From positions 576,001-640,000 of the forward strand of contig CAVSOU010000008.1 of assembly GCA_963729625.1 (NCBI GenBank): a stretch of 64,000 nucleotides of DNA, written 5' to 3'. The stretch is from an uncultured bacterium (GTDB lineage Bacteria; Chloroflexota; UBA5177; JANWHV01). Position numbers and translations under genes: made by a program. Numbering within the stretch: the stretch's first letter is position 1; the number at the start of each line of letters is the position of its first letter. Below, in pieces: positions 20,595 through 30,335 of the stretch. The notes under the pieces were generated by a model. It searched no databases, was not told the DNA's origin, and was given only the letters and a program-made list of their open reading frames with translations.

Positions 20595-20628
20595 TTGTAC
20601 TATACAACCAGATAGGTGTACCATGCAA
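20595..20628. promoter_or_regulatory. Two MarR-type operators, TTGTA-N3-TACAA and GTGTA-N3-TGCAA
   Basis: Perfect palindrome plus a degenerate copy 21 bp away, between divergent usp and marR. Confidence 0.6.
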
Positions 20629-20697
20629 GCAAGTCCACCGGCAAGACGGCAGGCTGCTGGTGCATGGCAAGCCCCGGTGCACAGGAGGGGAGGACTG

Positions 20698-21207
20698 ATG
20701 GCCCGAGTAGATGCAGCATGCGACCATGATTTCATAGACCTGGTCGCACACGAGACCGCGGTGCTCATTCGCCGGGGGGAGTCCGCGCGCAAGCGGGCGC
20801 AGACTCTGGACCGGTCTGCCTACCTGCTGCTGGATGCCGTCGCGGCGCACAACCCGCTGGCGCTCGGCTGCCTGGCGGAGCGCTTCCAGCTGGATATCTC
20901 CACAGTCAGCCGGCAGGTGGCGATGCTGGAAGCTAAGGGCCTGGTGGCGCGCGAAACCGACCCGCGTGACGGTCGGGTCAGCCTGCTGGCGGTCACCGAG
21001 ACCGGGATGAGCCAGTTGCAGGCCACCCGCGCCGCGCGGCGCGCTTTCTTCGCCGGGTTGCTGGCGGACTGGAGCGACGAGGACTGCCGGGCCCTTGGCA
21101 CCATCTTGCGCCGACTCAACCAGGCCATTGCCAGACGCGACCGCAGCAGGCGAACGAGCGTCGTGCAACGGTCAGCCGGCGCTGTCGTTCGCGTGGAAGC
21201 CCAGTAG
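20698..21207 (+). CDS. MarR family regulator
   Basis: LDISTVSRQVAMLEAKGLV, DPRDGRV; GGAGG RBS. Confidence 0.9.
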   Translation: MARVDAACDHDFIDLVAHETAVLIRRGESARKRAQTLDRSAYLLLDAVAAHNPLALGCLAERFQLDISTVSRQVAMLEAKGLVARETDPRDGRVSLLAVTETGMSQLQATRAARRAFFAGLLADWSDEDCRALGTILRRLNQAIARRDRSRRTSVVQRSAGAVVRVEAQ

Positions 21208-21234
21208 GCAGGTCAAGTCAGAGGCAACGCGCCA

Positions 21235-23574
21235 TCAGGCAATCTCGCTCGCGGCCACCGATTCCTCGGCTGCGTCCGCATTTCCTTGTCGGGCCAGCGC
21301 CGATGGCCACCAGTTCCACCGCCCGATCAGCACCACCAGCGAGGGGATCAGCAGCGTGCGGATCAGGAAGGTGTCCATCAGGATTCCGGCGGCGATGCCC
21401 AGGCCGATCTGCTGGATCTGCCCTCCACCCGCCACGGTGAGCACCGCGAAGGAGCCTGCGAGGATCAGACCAGCGGAGATCACCGTGCTGCCCGTGGCGT
21501 TAATGGCCCGTGCGACCGCGGGGGCGAGCGCCCCGTCGTGCGCTTCCTCCCTAATGCGCGTCATCACCAGGATGTTGTAGTCCGATCCCAAGGCCATCAG
21601 AAAGATGAACATGAAGAACGGCAATATGAAGTTCAGCCCAGAGCCACCGCCGATGACCATGAACACGACCACCCCCAGTCCCAGGGCGGCCAGGTACGAG
21701 AGCCCAACGCTGGCGATCAGATACCAGGGAGCTACCAGGCTGCGCAGCACCAGCGCCAGCAGAAGCGCGATCACCGCCATGACCGCCGGCACCACGTGCT
21801 GGAGATCGCTGTTCGAGATAGCGCTGATGTCGGCGGCAAATGCCACCTCACCCGCTACTCCGTTCGTCGTGGCGCCCGTGGCCGCCGCGACCTGGCTGAG
21901 TGCCTGGCGCACGGTGGGGAGTGCCTGCATCGCGGCTGTGCTCGTCGGGTCACCCGCGGCGAGCGTGGCGTAGAACTGTACCGTCTTGCCATCGGCGCTG
22001 ATGAATTGTGCCGTGGCGCGATAGGCGTTGTAGAGCCCGGAAGAGACGGAGACACCGGCTGGCAGCTCAGGCGGCAATTTGATTGCCGGGCCGAGCGCCA
22101 TGTGCAACCGCATCAGCTGAGCCGGTGACAACGGGAAGCCATTCGGGTTTAAGGGCCCGCTGATCGCGGAAAAAGCTCGTTCCGCTCGCAGGGCTTGATC
22201 GGCCCGCGCCAGCAATGCCGGCTGCTGCCAGACGGACACAGAGTACCGCAGTAGCAGGTTGGTAGGGTTGGCCTGGGCGGCCGGGAAATGCGCGCTCAGC
22301 ACCGCCGTACCTGTTGCCGACTGGCTCGTGGTGCTCGTCGAGCCATTGTCGGTGAAGCCGGCCGGCGCGTAGTGCAGGACCGCCAGAGCCAAGCAGCCGA
22401 ACACGATCAGCCCGACCGCCAGTGTGCGCGCCGGGCGACGAATAATCTGGCCGGCGATCCGGCCCCACAACCCGACACGCAGCTCCCCAATCCGCACATT
22501 GGTCGGCCAGAACACCGCGGTGCCGAAGATCGCCAAGAGCGCGGGCGTCAGGGTGAGGCCGGCGAGCAGCATGATGGCGATACCGATTGCCAGCGCCGGA
22601 CCAAGCCCCTGGTAGAAGCCCAGGCTGGCCAGCAACAGACAGAGCAGGGCGCCGATTACCGTGCCCGCGGAAAAGGTAATGGTCTCTCCCACGCGCCACA
22701 GGCTCTGCACGACGGCGGCTTGCGGCGCCAGGCCGCGGCCTATCTCTTCGCGGACGCGGAAGACCAGGAAGATGCCATAGTCGGTGCCCGCGCCCAAGAT
22801 CAGGATCACCAGAATGATCTGCGTGATTGGGGAGATCTGCACCCCAATCTTGTGCGCCTCGGCGATGATCGGTCCTGACAGCACGACGACGAGGCCGGCC
22901 GGCAGGAGCGTCAGCAAGGGGGCCAGGAGAGCGCGGTAGATGACGAAGAGCAGCAGCAGGATGAACACCACACTCAGCAGCTCAGTCACCGCCAGAGTGT
23001 GGTTGCTGGCCTTCTGGTTGTCCACATTAGTAGCCAGCTGGCCTGTGAGATAGAGCGAGAGACCGGCCGGGGCGCCCACCGCGCCGAAGGTGGAGCGGAT
23101 GGCGTCGACCGCGGTCTGGCTGCCCGAACCACCCTGGGCGGTCCGAGCCGCTAGCTCCACCAGGGCCTTGCGAGCGGTCCCGTCGGCGGACACCCCCTGG
23201 TCGCGCACGACGGCCACGTCGGCCACCCTTCGTACGGCAGCCTCTGCCCTATCAATGGCAGCTTGGTCCGCGATCGTGAGTGGCCCGCCACTGCGCGCGG
23301 CGACAAGAAGTGCCGTCGGCAGAGTACCTTGCTGGAAAGGAGAGGCGAGCAGTGCAGCCTGCATGCTGGGGCTGTTGCTGGGCAGGAAGGAGCTGTTGTT
23401 GTTGTTCGAGACGCTGGATAGGCTTGGGAGTACCCTACCGGCGAGTATCGTGGCGATAACCCAGACCCCAACGATCAGGAAGCGATGCCGCACGGTGAAC
23501 CGGCCAAGCAGAGCAAACGGCGCGCGGTCAGGCGCGCCGTCGGGGGCGCGGCCAGTGGTATTCGGAAAGTGCAT
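21235..23574 (-). CDS. MMPL/RND family transporter
   Basis: GAGTDYGIFLVFRVREE and ALGSDYNILVMTRIREE. Confidence 0.93.
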   Translation of the reverse strand: MHFPNTTGRAPDGAPDRAPFALLGRFTVRHRFLIVGVWVIATILAGRVLPSLSSVSNNNNSSFLPSNSPSMQAALLASPFQQGTLPTALLVAARSGGPLTIADQAAIDRAEAAVRRVADVAVVRDQGVSADGTARKALVELAARTAQGGSGSQTAVDAIRSTFGAVGAPAGLSLYLTGQLATNVDNQKASNHTLAVTELLSVVFILLLLFVIYRALLAPLLTLLPAGLVVVLSGPIIAEAHKIGVQISPITQIILVILILGAGTDYGIFLVFRVREEIGRGLAPQAAVVQSLWRVGETITFSAGTVIGALLCLLLASLGFYQGLGPALAIGIAIMLLAGLTLTPALLAIFGTAVFWPTNVRIGELRVGLWGRIAGQIIRRPARTLAVGLIVFGCLALAVLHYAPAGFTDNGSTSTTSQSATGTAVLSAHFPAAQANPTNLLLRYSVSVWQQPALLARADQALRAERAFSAISGPLNPNGFPLSPAQLMRLHMALGPAIKLPPELPAGVSVSSGLYNAYRATAQFISADGKTVQFYATLAAGDPTSTAAMQALPTVRQALSQVAAATGATTNGVAGEVAFAADISAISNSDLQHVVPAVMAVIALLLALVLRSLVAPWYLIASVGLSYLAALGLGVVVFMVIGGGSGLNFILPFFMFIFLMALGSDYNILVMTRIREEAHDGALAPAVARAINATGSTVISAGLILAGSFAVLTVAGGGQIQQIGLGIAAGILMDTFLIRTLLIPSLVVLIGRWNWWPSALARQGNADAAEESVAASEIA

Positions 23575-23690
23575 TGCTATCAGAACCTCTCTCTGAAGTG
23601 CGAGGGCGTCGCGTCACGAGAACGAGTGCAGGCACCTTCGATACCTGGCAACGCCAGCTGAGAACTCGACGCCTGCAAAGCCGGCGGGCG

Positions 23691-24371
23691 TCAATGGTCC
23701 GTGTAGTTGCCATGCGTGGTTCTCCCGCTGATCTGATCGCGTCGGAGCAAGCCATTGAAGAACAGGCGGATCACGCTGCGACTCATATCGTCCATGTCGA
23801 TGGGAACAGGCAGGGCGAGTGACGCGTGCGTGATCACGCGTACGGCCCCGAACAGGGCGAGCGCCACTGTCTCGGGCTGCGCTTCCGGGTCGATCTCGCC
23901 GGCCCGCTTGCCCTCCTCGATGATCGCCCCCACGCAGGCAAAGAGCCGCGCGATGCTGGCGGAGAGTTGACCGTTCGTGCGCAACGTCTCTTTGAGTTTG
24001 TGCGGATCGACCCCTTGGAGAAACTCCACCCAGCCGGCGTGGCCCTCGATCATTTGCCGCATGATCGCCTCGATTCGTGCCTGGGCTGTCAGTCCCGGTG
24101 AGGCCGCTATTCCTTCGAGGATCGCGATCAACCGATCGATGCCTCGGCCTATCACGGCTGCAAGCAGGTCCTCTTTCGAGGGGAAATGCAGGTAGATCGT
24201 GCCTTTCGCAATACCCACCCGTTCGGCCAGCGCGTCGAGCGACAGGGTGCCCGCACCCACTTCGCCAAGCATGCGCTCGGCTTCGACCAAGATCAGTTCC
24301 TCGCGCTCCCGGCGCTGACGCTCGCGGAGGCTCGTTGGTGGATGGGCCGTGCCCGGCGTGACGCCTTCCAT
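23691..24371 (-). CDS. TetR family regulator (paralogue of 16797-17507)
   Basis: SLRERQRR...LAERVGIAKGTIYLHF. Confidence 0.92.
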   Translation of the reverse strand: MEGVTPGTAHPPTSLRERQRREREELILVEAERMLGEVGAGTLSLDALAERVGIAKGTIYLHFPSKEDLLAAVIGRGIDRLIAILEGIAASPGLTAQARIEAIMRQMIEGHAGWVEFLQGVDPHKLKETLRTNGQLSASIARLFACVGAIIEEGKRAGEIDPEAQPETVALALFGAVRVITHASLALPVPIDMDDMSRSVIRLFFNGLLRRDQISGRTTHGNYTDH

Positions 24372-24394
24372 CGCGCATCACTCCCTTCCAGACC

Positions 24395-24458
24395 CGTGAC
24401 TTTATAGACTATTCGTGACTCTATGGTCAAAATATAGCAGTGCGGTCACCAAGTGTCA
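24395..24458. promoter_or_regulatory. TGAC-N6-GTCA operator cluster upstream of tetR-mmpL
   Basis: TGACTCTATGGTCA at 24416-24429 plus degenerate copies (cgtgactttat, tcaccaagtgtca). Confidence 0.55.
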
Positions 24459-24748
24459 ATGCGGTCTCGCATGCGCGGTACTGCTTGTCGCCGGTCCGCA
24501 TGAAGCGTGATGCAAAGCATACGCTGGCCACGAAAAGCGACTCAGCCTGCCGCTCCTGGCGGTTGGTGTTACCGACGCCGATGTCATACATGAGGTTGGT
24601 GGGCGGTTCGGTAGTGCGAAGCCGCAAGCGTCGCCGACTCTGGTCTTGGTAGCAACTCCGACATCCTGGTCTATCACGCGCGATGTATGATACGTCCGGG
24701 CTTCCGTCGTTCCGTGGAGTTCGATGGATGCAGGATGGAGGCGACACC

Positions 24749-25513
24749 GTGAAGCCAAATGCAGTGAAGCGGAAGCTGGCCGCCGGCGAGACAGTGCTGG
24801 GTCTGTTTCTCGGATCGGACAGCCCGGACCTCGTGGAGATCTTCGGCTATGCCGGCCTCGACTTCGTGATGATCGACGCCGAGCACGGCACGATCGATCC
24901 GCACCATGCCGAGAACCTGGTGCGCGCGGCCGAGTGCTCGGGCATTACGCCGCTGGCGCGCGTCACGCAGAGCACGCCGCAGACCATCCTTCGCTTTCTT
25001 GATGCAGGTGCGCAGGGCGTGATGATCCCTTGGTGCCAGTCCGCCGGCGAAGCGCGAGCGGCTGTACAGGCGGTGAAGTACTATCCCACAGGCAGGCGCG
25101 GTTTGGCCGGCGCGCGCGCCGCGGCGTTCGGCATGCAAATGCCGCTGCCCGACTACGTGCCCCTGGCCAACGCCGAGACCATGGTGATAACGCAAATCGA
25201 GACGGTCGGCACGCTCGACGCGCTTCCAGAGATGTTGCAAGTACCGGACATCGATGTATTCTTCATCGGCCCGACCGACCTTTCGCGGTCGATGGGGTAT
25301 CCCGGGCGCACACACGAACCGGCGGTGCAAGAAGTGATTGAGCGTACTATCGCCCAGATACTCGCGGCCGGCAAGAACGCGGGCATCCACACGCGAGATG
25401 CGGAGGATCTCAAACGCAATCGCGACCGGGGCGTGCAATTCCTCAGCGCCGGCGCCTACGGGGTCGTTGCTCGTGCAGTGCGCGAGTTTGTGGCCTCAGG
25501 CAGGCAGCCATAG
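24749..25513 (+). CDS. HpcH/HpaI aldolase family protein
   Basis: IDAEHG, LDAGAQGVMIP, QIET, FIGPTDLS. Confidence 0.92.
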   Translation: MKPNAVKRKLAAGETVLGLFLGSDSPDLVEIFGYAGLDFVMIDAEHGTIDPHHAENLVRAAECSGITPLARVTQSTPQTILRFLDAGAQGVMIPWCQSAGEARAAVQAVKYYPTGRRGLAGARAAAFGMQMPLPDYVPLANAETMVITQIETVGTLDALPEMLQVPDIDVFFIGPTDLSRSMGYPGRTHEPAVQEVIERTIAQILAAGKNAGIHTRDAEDLKRNRDRGVQFLSAGAYGVVARAVREFVASGRQP

Positions 25514-25570
25514 CCGCGGCCAGAGATCCGCGGGCGCCTCTTTGGTCAGGACCTGGTGCGAGATAGTGTG

Positions 25571-27991
25571 CTACTTGCTCCAGAAATCGGCGATCTTGGC
25601 ATCAGCCACCACGGGAACGAGCGTGATAAGCTTCTCACCTGCCTTCACCATTTCGTGTTCCACGATCTTGCAGACGGCGTCTGCCTGGTCTTCAATGGCT
25701 TCCACCACGATCTCGTCGTGCACGGTGTTCACGACGCGTGCATCGTAGCCCTGCAAGGCTTCATTCAATCCGACCAGTGCCAGCTTTGTCATGTCAGCGT
25801 TTGCGCCTTGTATCGGCGAGTTCTTGCCCTGGCGTTCGATGCTGGCGCGCTTCTTGTTGTACTCGGGATCGTTCTGATCCAGCGGTGGATAGTAGCGTTT
25901 GCGGCCAAGGAGTGTGATGCTGTAACCTTTGCGAACGGCGTCTCGTCCCGCTTTGTCCAGCCAGCGCTGGATGCCGGCATAGGCCTTGAAGTACTGGTCG
26001 ATCAAGCGCCTTGCTTCCTCCGTGGAGACGCCGAGCTGGACGCCGAGGGCAGTCGGACCGCGGCCATACGCCAGGCCGAAATTGATCACCTTGGCGGCAC
26101 TGCGCTGCTGCTTGTCCACCAGGTCGGGCGGCACCTGGAACATCTGGCTGGCTGTCAGCCGATGCAGGTCTCCGCCGGACTGGAAGGCTTCGACGAACGC
26201 GGGATCCTCGCTGAGCTGGGCCAGAATGCGCAGCTCAGCCTGACTGTAGTCGCAGGTGATCAACTTGTAGCCGGGGGGCGGCACGAAGCATCCGCGAAAA
26301 TCGCTGGTAGCCGGGATCTGCTGGATGTTGGGATTTGTGCATGAGAAACGGCCGGTATCGGCGCCGATTTGGTTGAAGTCCGGGTGGATACGACCCGTCC
26401 TTTTATGAATCAGGTCGAGGAACTTCTCGCCGAACGCGGACAGCAGCTTCTCAAAACCGCGATACTCCAGCAGCTTCTTGATGGCAGGATGTTCGAACTT
26501 CATGAGGGTCGATTCCATCGTGTCCGGCAGGTTGATCCCCATGCGAGCAAATGTCTCCAGCAACTGGGCATTGCTGTTCAAGTTGATCGCCGGTCCACCG
26601 AAAAGTGATTGCTGGGGTACAGCATCGGCTACCAGCAGGCCCAGCTCATTGGCACAACGGTCGCGCTCGGCTTGGGCGGAATCGATGATCTTGCGCCAGC
26701 GATCCTGATCGATCAGGCAGCCTGCCAGCTCCATCTCGCCGACGGCGACCAGCGTCTTGAACTCGAGGGCAGCGACGTTCACCAGGAATTCACGGCGAAG
26801 GGCATCCCGTTGCTGCTTGTAGATAGTGAACAGCACGAGCGCGTCGCGCGCGGCATAGCGAAGCTGTTCCTCCGAGAACGCGCCGGACTTATCAACAAAG
26901 CTGGACCGCACGGATTTGTCCAGGGTGATGCCGGCATATTTCTGGGCCAGAGATACCAGCCCAATCTCACGGCTGATACCGGCCGTCAGGACGCGCTCGG
27001 CTAACATGGTGTCGTAGATACGCCGCGTGGTGATGCCGACCTGGCTGCGCAGCATCTTGTAGTCGAACTTGGCGTTCTGCATCAGCTTGAGCGTGCGGTC
27101 ATCCTCGAGAATGCGGCGGAGCGGACGCGGGTCAACCCTTCGCGCATCGACCAGATAGGCGCGGTCGGGCGTTGCCACCTGAACCAAGAGCAGTGCGTTC
27201 TCGGCGAACGGGTCCAGGCCCGTGGTTTCGGTATCCACGGCGACGATGGGCTCACCGGAGAGCAAAGCAATGACTTCTGCCAGCCGCGTCGGCTCGATGA
27301 TCAGCTCGAATTCGGCATTGACTGTTGCGACGCTGCCGGTATCGGGCCCACTATCCACGTCGAACAACGCTCCGGCATCATCGACCGTCACAACGTGCAC
27401 CGACGGCGCAGGCGCTGGCCCTTGCGGCGACGCGGGATCTTCTTGCACGGCTACGGGCTTGTCTTCGACAATGATCGGAGCCTCGACCGAGAGCTCGGGC
27501 AGATCGGCGAGCGCCAGCGCCGACGCCCGCTTGGCGAAGCCATTGCCGCGGCCATTCCCGTTGGTTGCACGTCTGGCTGGGGCAGGATCCTCGGGTTCCG
27601 GGTCGGCCCCCGCACGCAGTTGCGCCACCGGCGCGCGCTGTGCGGGGGGGTGCTTGACCGCATTCATGCTGCTCGCGTTTGGCTGCTCCGCAGTATGTTG
27701 CTCTACAACTGGGGCCACAGCCAGGCGGGCAAGGGCGAGCGCCTCGACCACCACGCGGTTGGGAATCTTGTAGACCACGCTGTCGAACGCCGCGTCGGGC
27801 GGGCGCTCGCCGCAAATCGGGCAAGCGGGAAGATCGGGATTGAAGGCAACCTCACAGGAGACGCAGGGCAGATACCGCTTCACGCGCGCGCCACACAAGG
27901 CGCAGGAGACGTCTTGACCGAACGGCAGCGTGTCCGGCAGGGCGGTCACCATGAGACAAATGGGGCACGTGACCTTACCGGCGGCGATCAT
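25571..27991 (-). CDS. Family A DNA polymerase (3'-5' exonuclease + polymerase, no 5'-3' nuclease) with an N-terminal 4xCxxC zinc-ribbon domain
   Basis: ExoI DTETTG, ExoII NAKFD, ExoIII YAARDA; motif A DYSQAELR, B RSAAKVINFGLAYG, C VHDE; N-terminal CPIC/CALC/CVSC/CPIC. Confidence 0.92.
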   Translation of the reverse strand: MIAAGKVTCPICLMVTALPDTLPFGQDVSCALCGARVKRYLPCVSCEVAFNPDLPACPICGERPPDAAFDSVVYKIPNRVVVEALALARLAVAPVVEQHTAEQPNASSMNAVKHPPAQRAPVAQLRAGADPEPEDPAPARRATNGNGRGNGFAKRASALALADLPELSVEAPIIVEDKPVAVQEDPASPQGPAPAPSVHVVTVDDAGALFDVDSGPDTGSVATVNAEFELIIEPTRLAEVIALLSGEPIVAVDTETTGLDPFAENALLLVQVATPDRAYLVDARRVDPRPLRRILEDDRTLKLMQNAKFDYKMLRSQVGITTRRIYDTMLAERVLTAGISREIGLVSLAQKYAGITLDKSVRSSFVDKSGAFSEEQLRYAARDALVLFTIYKQQRDALRREFLVNVAALEFKTLVAVGEMELAGCLIDQDRWRKIIDSAQAERDRCANELGLLVADAVPQQSLFGGPAINLNSNAQLLETFARMGINLPDTMESTLMKFEHPAIKKLLEYRGFEKLLSAFGEKFLDLIHKRTGRIHPDFNQIGADTGRFSCTNPNIQQIPATSDFRGCFVPPPGYKLITCDYSQAELRILAQLSEDPAFVEAFQSGGDLHRLTASQMFQVPPDLVDKQQRSAAKVINFGLAYGRGPTALGVQLGVSTEEARRLIDQYFKAYAGIQRWLDKAGRDAVRKGYSITLLGRKRYYPPLDQNDPEYNKKRASIERQGKNSPIQGANADMTKLALVGLNEALQGYDARVVNTVHDEIVVEAIEDQADAVCKIVEHEMVKAGEKLITLVPVVADAKIADFWSK

Positions 27992-28330
27992 GATTGTGAG
28001 GGCTCCCCGAGGAACAGTTATGGTGCAACGCGGACTCGACCGCCCGCACAACACATTGTACGAGCTAACACGGAACCCGTGGGTGGGCTTCTCCCCCTAC
28101 GTGGCAGTCTCCTCGGCGCGATCCTCGAGATTGCAGTTCTGTCACCGGGTGTCGACGGTTCGTGCATGATCACCTCCGAGCGCATTGCTACGCCAGGTCC
28201 ATGAGCGTAACGTGCGGTTGATTGCGAATATCGTGTGCTATGCTGGCATGAGAGCCGGACCGGAGGGGTCGCGCAACGCCGGCAAGCCCGCCGCGAACGC
28301 GGCGCTGCATCGAACGCGGGGAGTCGATCG

Positions 28331-29035
28331 ATGGGAAGTATGTTGGCACGGATGAACCAGCCCGATATGCGCTGGCCGCCCGATGACACCGAGGAGAGCG
28401 TCGTGGGTACGGATTGGCATCAGACGACGATTATGAACCTTCGCTGGGGGATCAACGAGATAGCGCGCGCGGACGCGGTCTCAGGTGAGCCTCTGCCGTG
28501 GCAGGCATCGGGGCAGATACTGATCACGGGATTCATCCGGCATGATAGCAGCCGGTACTCGGTGTTGCCTGATGTCTTCGTGTACCGCAAGCCGTTCGAG
28601 CGGGAACGCCAGTCTCTTTCGCTGCGGCGAAATGGGGTGCCGGCATTGATCGTCGAAGTGGCCAGCGAGTCGACCTGTGATGCCGATCTCGATCTGGCAA
28701 CGGGCAAGGGGTGGGCCTACGCGCACGCCGGCGTGCAGGAGTACCTGGTGGTCGATCCGTCCGGCCTCTACATGGAGGAACCGCTGTGCGCCTGGTATCT
28801 GGTCGAAGGCCAGTACCAAGAAGCGACGCTGGACTCCGACGGCATCTGGTGGAGCCGGGAGCTGCGCCTGGGTATCGGGTTTCCCGATGGGCAGGCCGCG
28901 GTCTACGATCGGGCTCGCCAGCGCCAGCTGCGAGAAGGCGAGATCTCCACATATATAGCACAGCAGCAGGCGGAGATCGTTCAGCAGCAGGCGGAGATCG
29001 CGGACCTGCGGCGTCGCCTCGACGAGCTCAAGTGA
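28331..29035 (+). CDS. Uma2 (DUF820) PD-(D/E)XK-like endonuclease with C-terminal coiled coil
   Basis: PDVFV, LIVEVASEST, YAHAGVQEYLVVDP. Confidence 0.88.
   Translation: MGSMLARMNQPDMRWPPDDTEESVVGTDWHQTTIMNLRWGINEIARADAVSGEPLPWQASGQILITGFIRHDSSRYSVLPDVFVYRKPFERERQSLSLRRNGVPALIVEVASESTCDADLDLATGKGWAYAHAGVQEYLVVDPSGLYMEEPLCAWYLVEGQYQEATLDSDGIWWSRELRLGIGFPDGQAAVYDRARQRQLREGEISTYIAQQQAEIVQQQAEIADLRRRLDELK
28961..29001 (+). repeat. 21-bp tandem duplication encoding QQQAEI(V/A)
   Basis: cagcagcaggcggagatcg occurs twice. Confidence 0.8.
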
Positions 29036-29066
29036 CGATTTCCGACAATCAGACAAGAGTGGTGTC

Positions 29067-29216
29067 GCCGCCGCCGCCGCCTACGAGCGGCATATACAGG
29101 CGCTGCTCCAAGATCGTGCCAGGATCGCCGAAGCAACAAAGGAGGTAGTTCCTCTCAGCATTGCGGACGGGCAGCAAGCCGTCAGGCTGGTGCGCGAGCG
29201 TGCACCAGAGTGGAGC
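29067..29216 (+). pseudogene. Remnant of an alpha/beta-hydrolase (xylan-esterase-like)
   Basis: Start-less frame reads ...EVVPLSIADGQQAVRLVRERAPEW, the segment that precedes the GFSAG nucleophile elbow in such esterases. Confidence 0.55.
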
Positions 29217-29328
29217 GGCCAGCCCTTGGCGTACGTGGAGGCTCTGTCATTGGAGCCGGGGGCCGCGTTTTGCTCCGGGCGCCGTCTGGCACGTATGATT
29301 TCGAGATTGCCAGGCTAGAGGGAACCAC

Positions 29329-30018
29329 ATGACGCTACAGCAACCTTCGCGCGCCGCGGAAGTGCGGGGCGGCACGACGGTAGAAAGTCTGCGTATCGAT
29401 CACCTGCGTGAGATCCTGGGGATAGGCGCCCGTCGGCCCCGCCTGTCCTGGACGGTAGCGACAACTGCCGCTGGATGGCATGCTCTCGGCGCGGTGGCAG
29501 ACTGGCTACATCGCACGGTAGCCGGCCTGGCGCCGCCGGCGCCAGGGTATCGGCGCCTGGACATCCATCCCATTCCTGGCACCGGCCTCACCGCCGCGCG
29601 AGCCCGGCACCTCACGCCATACGGCATCGCCGAGTCGTCCTGGACCTGGGATGCCGGACAGCTCACCGTAGCAGTGGTCATTCCGCCAAACACGACCGCG
29701 CAGGTCACCTTACCCGGTTCCAGCAGCGGTCCGGTCGAGGTCGGGTCCGGGCGCCACTCCTGGACGCTGGCATACAACCTGCCCATGGCATTGCCTCGCG
29801 ACCCAGCGACGAGATTGGACGAGGTGCTCAGCGGGCAGGACATGCTCCACGTCCTGCGGACGCTCCTGCAGGATTGTGCACCGACCACTGCGGCACGAAT
29901 TACGACGACCGCGATGATGCACTCGAGCCGAGACAGGACGCTTCGCGAAATTGTTGCCTCCCTACCGGGCGGACCGGCAGTGCTCGAGCGCATTGGGACC
30001 GGCGCGCGGTGCGCGTGA
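29329..30018 (+). pseudogene. Alpha-L-rhamnosidase (GH78) with a large in-frame internal deletion
   Basis: N-terminal LGIGARRPRLSW is joined directly to C-terminal HALGAVADWLHRTVAGL...TPYG...IPPNTTAQVTLP; the catalytic barrel is missing. Confidence 0.75.
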
Positions 30019-30109
30019 CCCCGCGCCTCAGCGCAGGAGACCATGCACTGCCGACGTTGTCTGCCGGCACTAGAATCATGTATGGGGAAGAGCATATACG
30101 ACCAAAGCA

Positions 30110-30193
30110 GTGGAAACGTTGCTGGAGATCTACGCTCTGCCGTTTACCAGCGCCATGAGCGACGGCCATGCCGGAGCCGTCATGGCGGCATAC
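30110..30193 (+). pseudogene. Short remnant of a GH3 beta-glucosidase
   Basis: ETLLEIYALPFTSAMSDGHAGAVMAAY resembles the GH3 consensus L-E-I-Y-L-P-F...G-x-V-M-x-A-Y. Confidence 0.5.
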
Positions 30194-30203
30194 CGCACCT
30201 TCA

Positions 30204-30256
30204 TCATCCAACTGTCATATCAGGATCATATGGCCATCATGGTGGTGGCCTATGCT
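30204..30256 (+). promoter_or_regulatory. Four TCAT direct repeats at 11-bp pitch followed by a TATGCT -10-like box (OmpR/PhoB-type promoter)
   Basis: TCATCC 30204, TCATAT 30215, TCATAT 30226, TCATGG 30237; TATGCT 30251. Confidence 0.55.
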
Positions 30257-30335
30257 GGACCTGTGCCGATGCAGGTAAGAAACGCCCGGTCAGGCGCCCT
30301 GCATCGGCCCAGCACTGATGTATCAGGGGAGATTG

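Noticed and set aside
27992-28330. LexA box upstream of the polymerase
   Set aside because: No convincing GAAC-N4-GT(T/A)C match.
25571-29035. Prophage or mobile element around the polymerase
   Set aside because: No integrase, primase/helicase, structural genes or att repeats.
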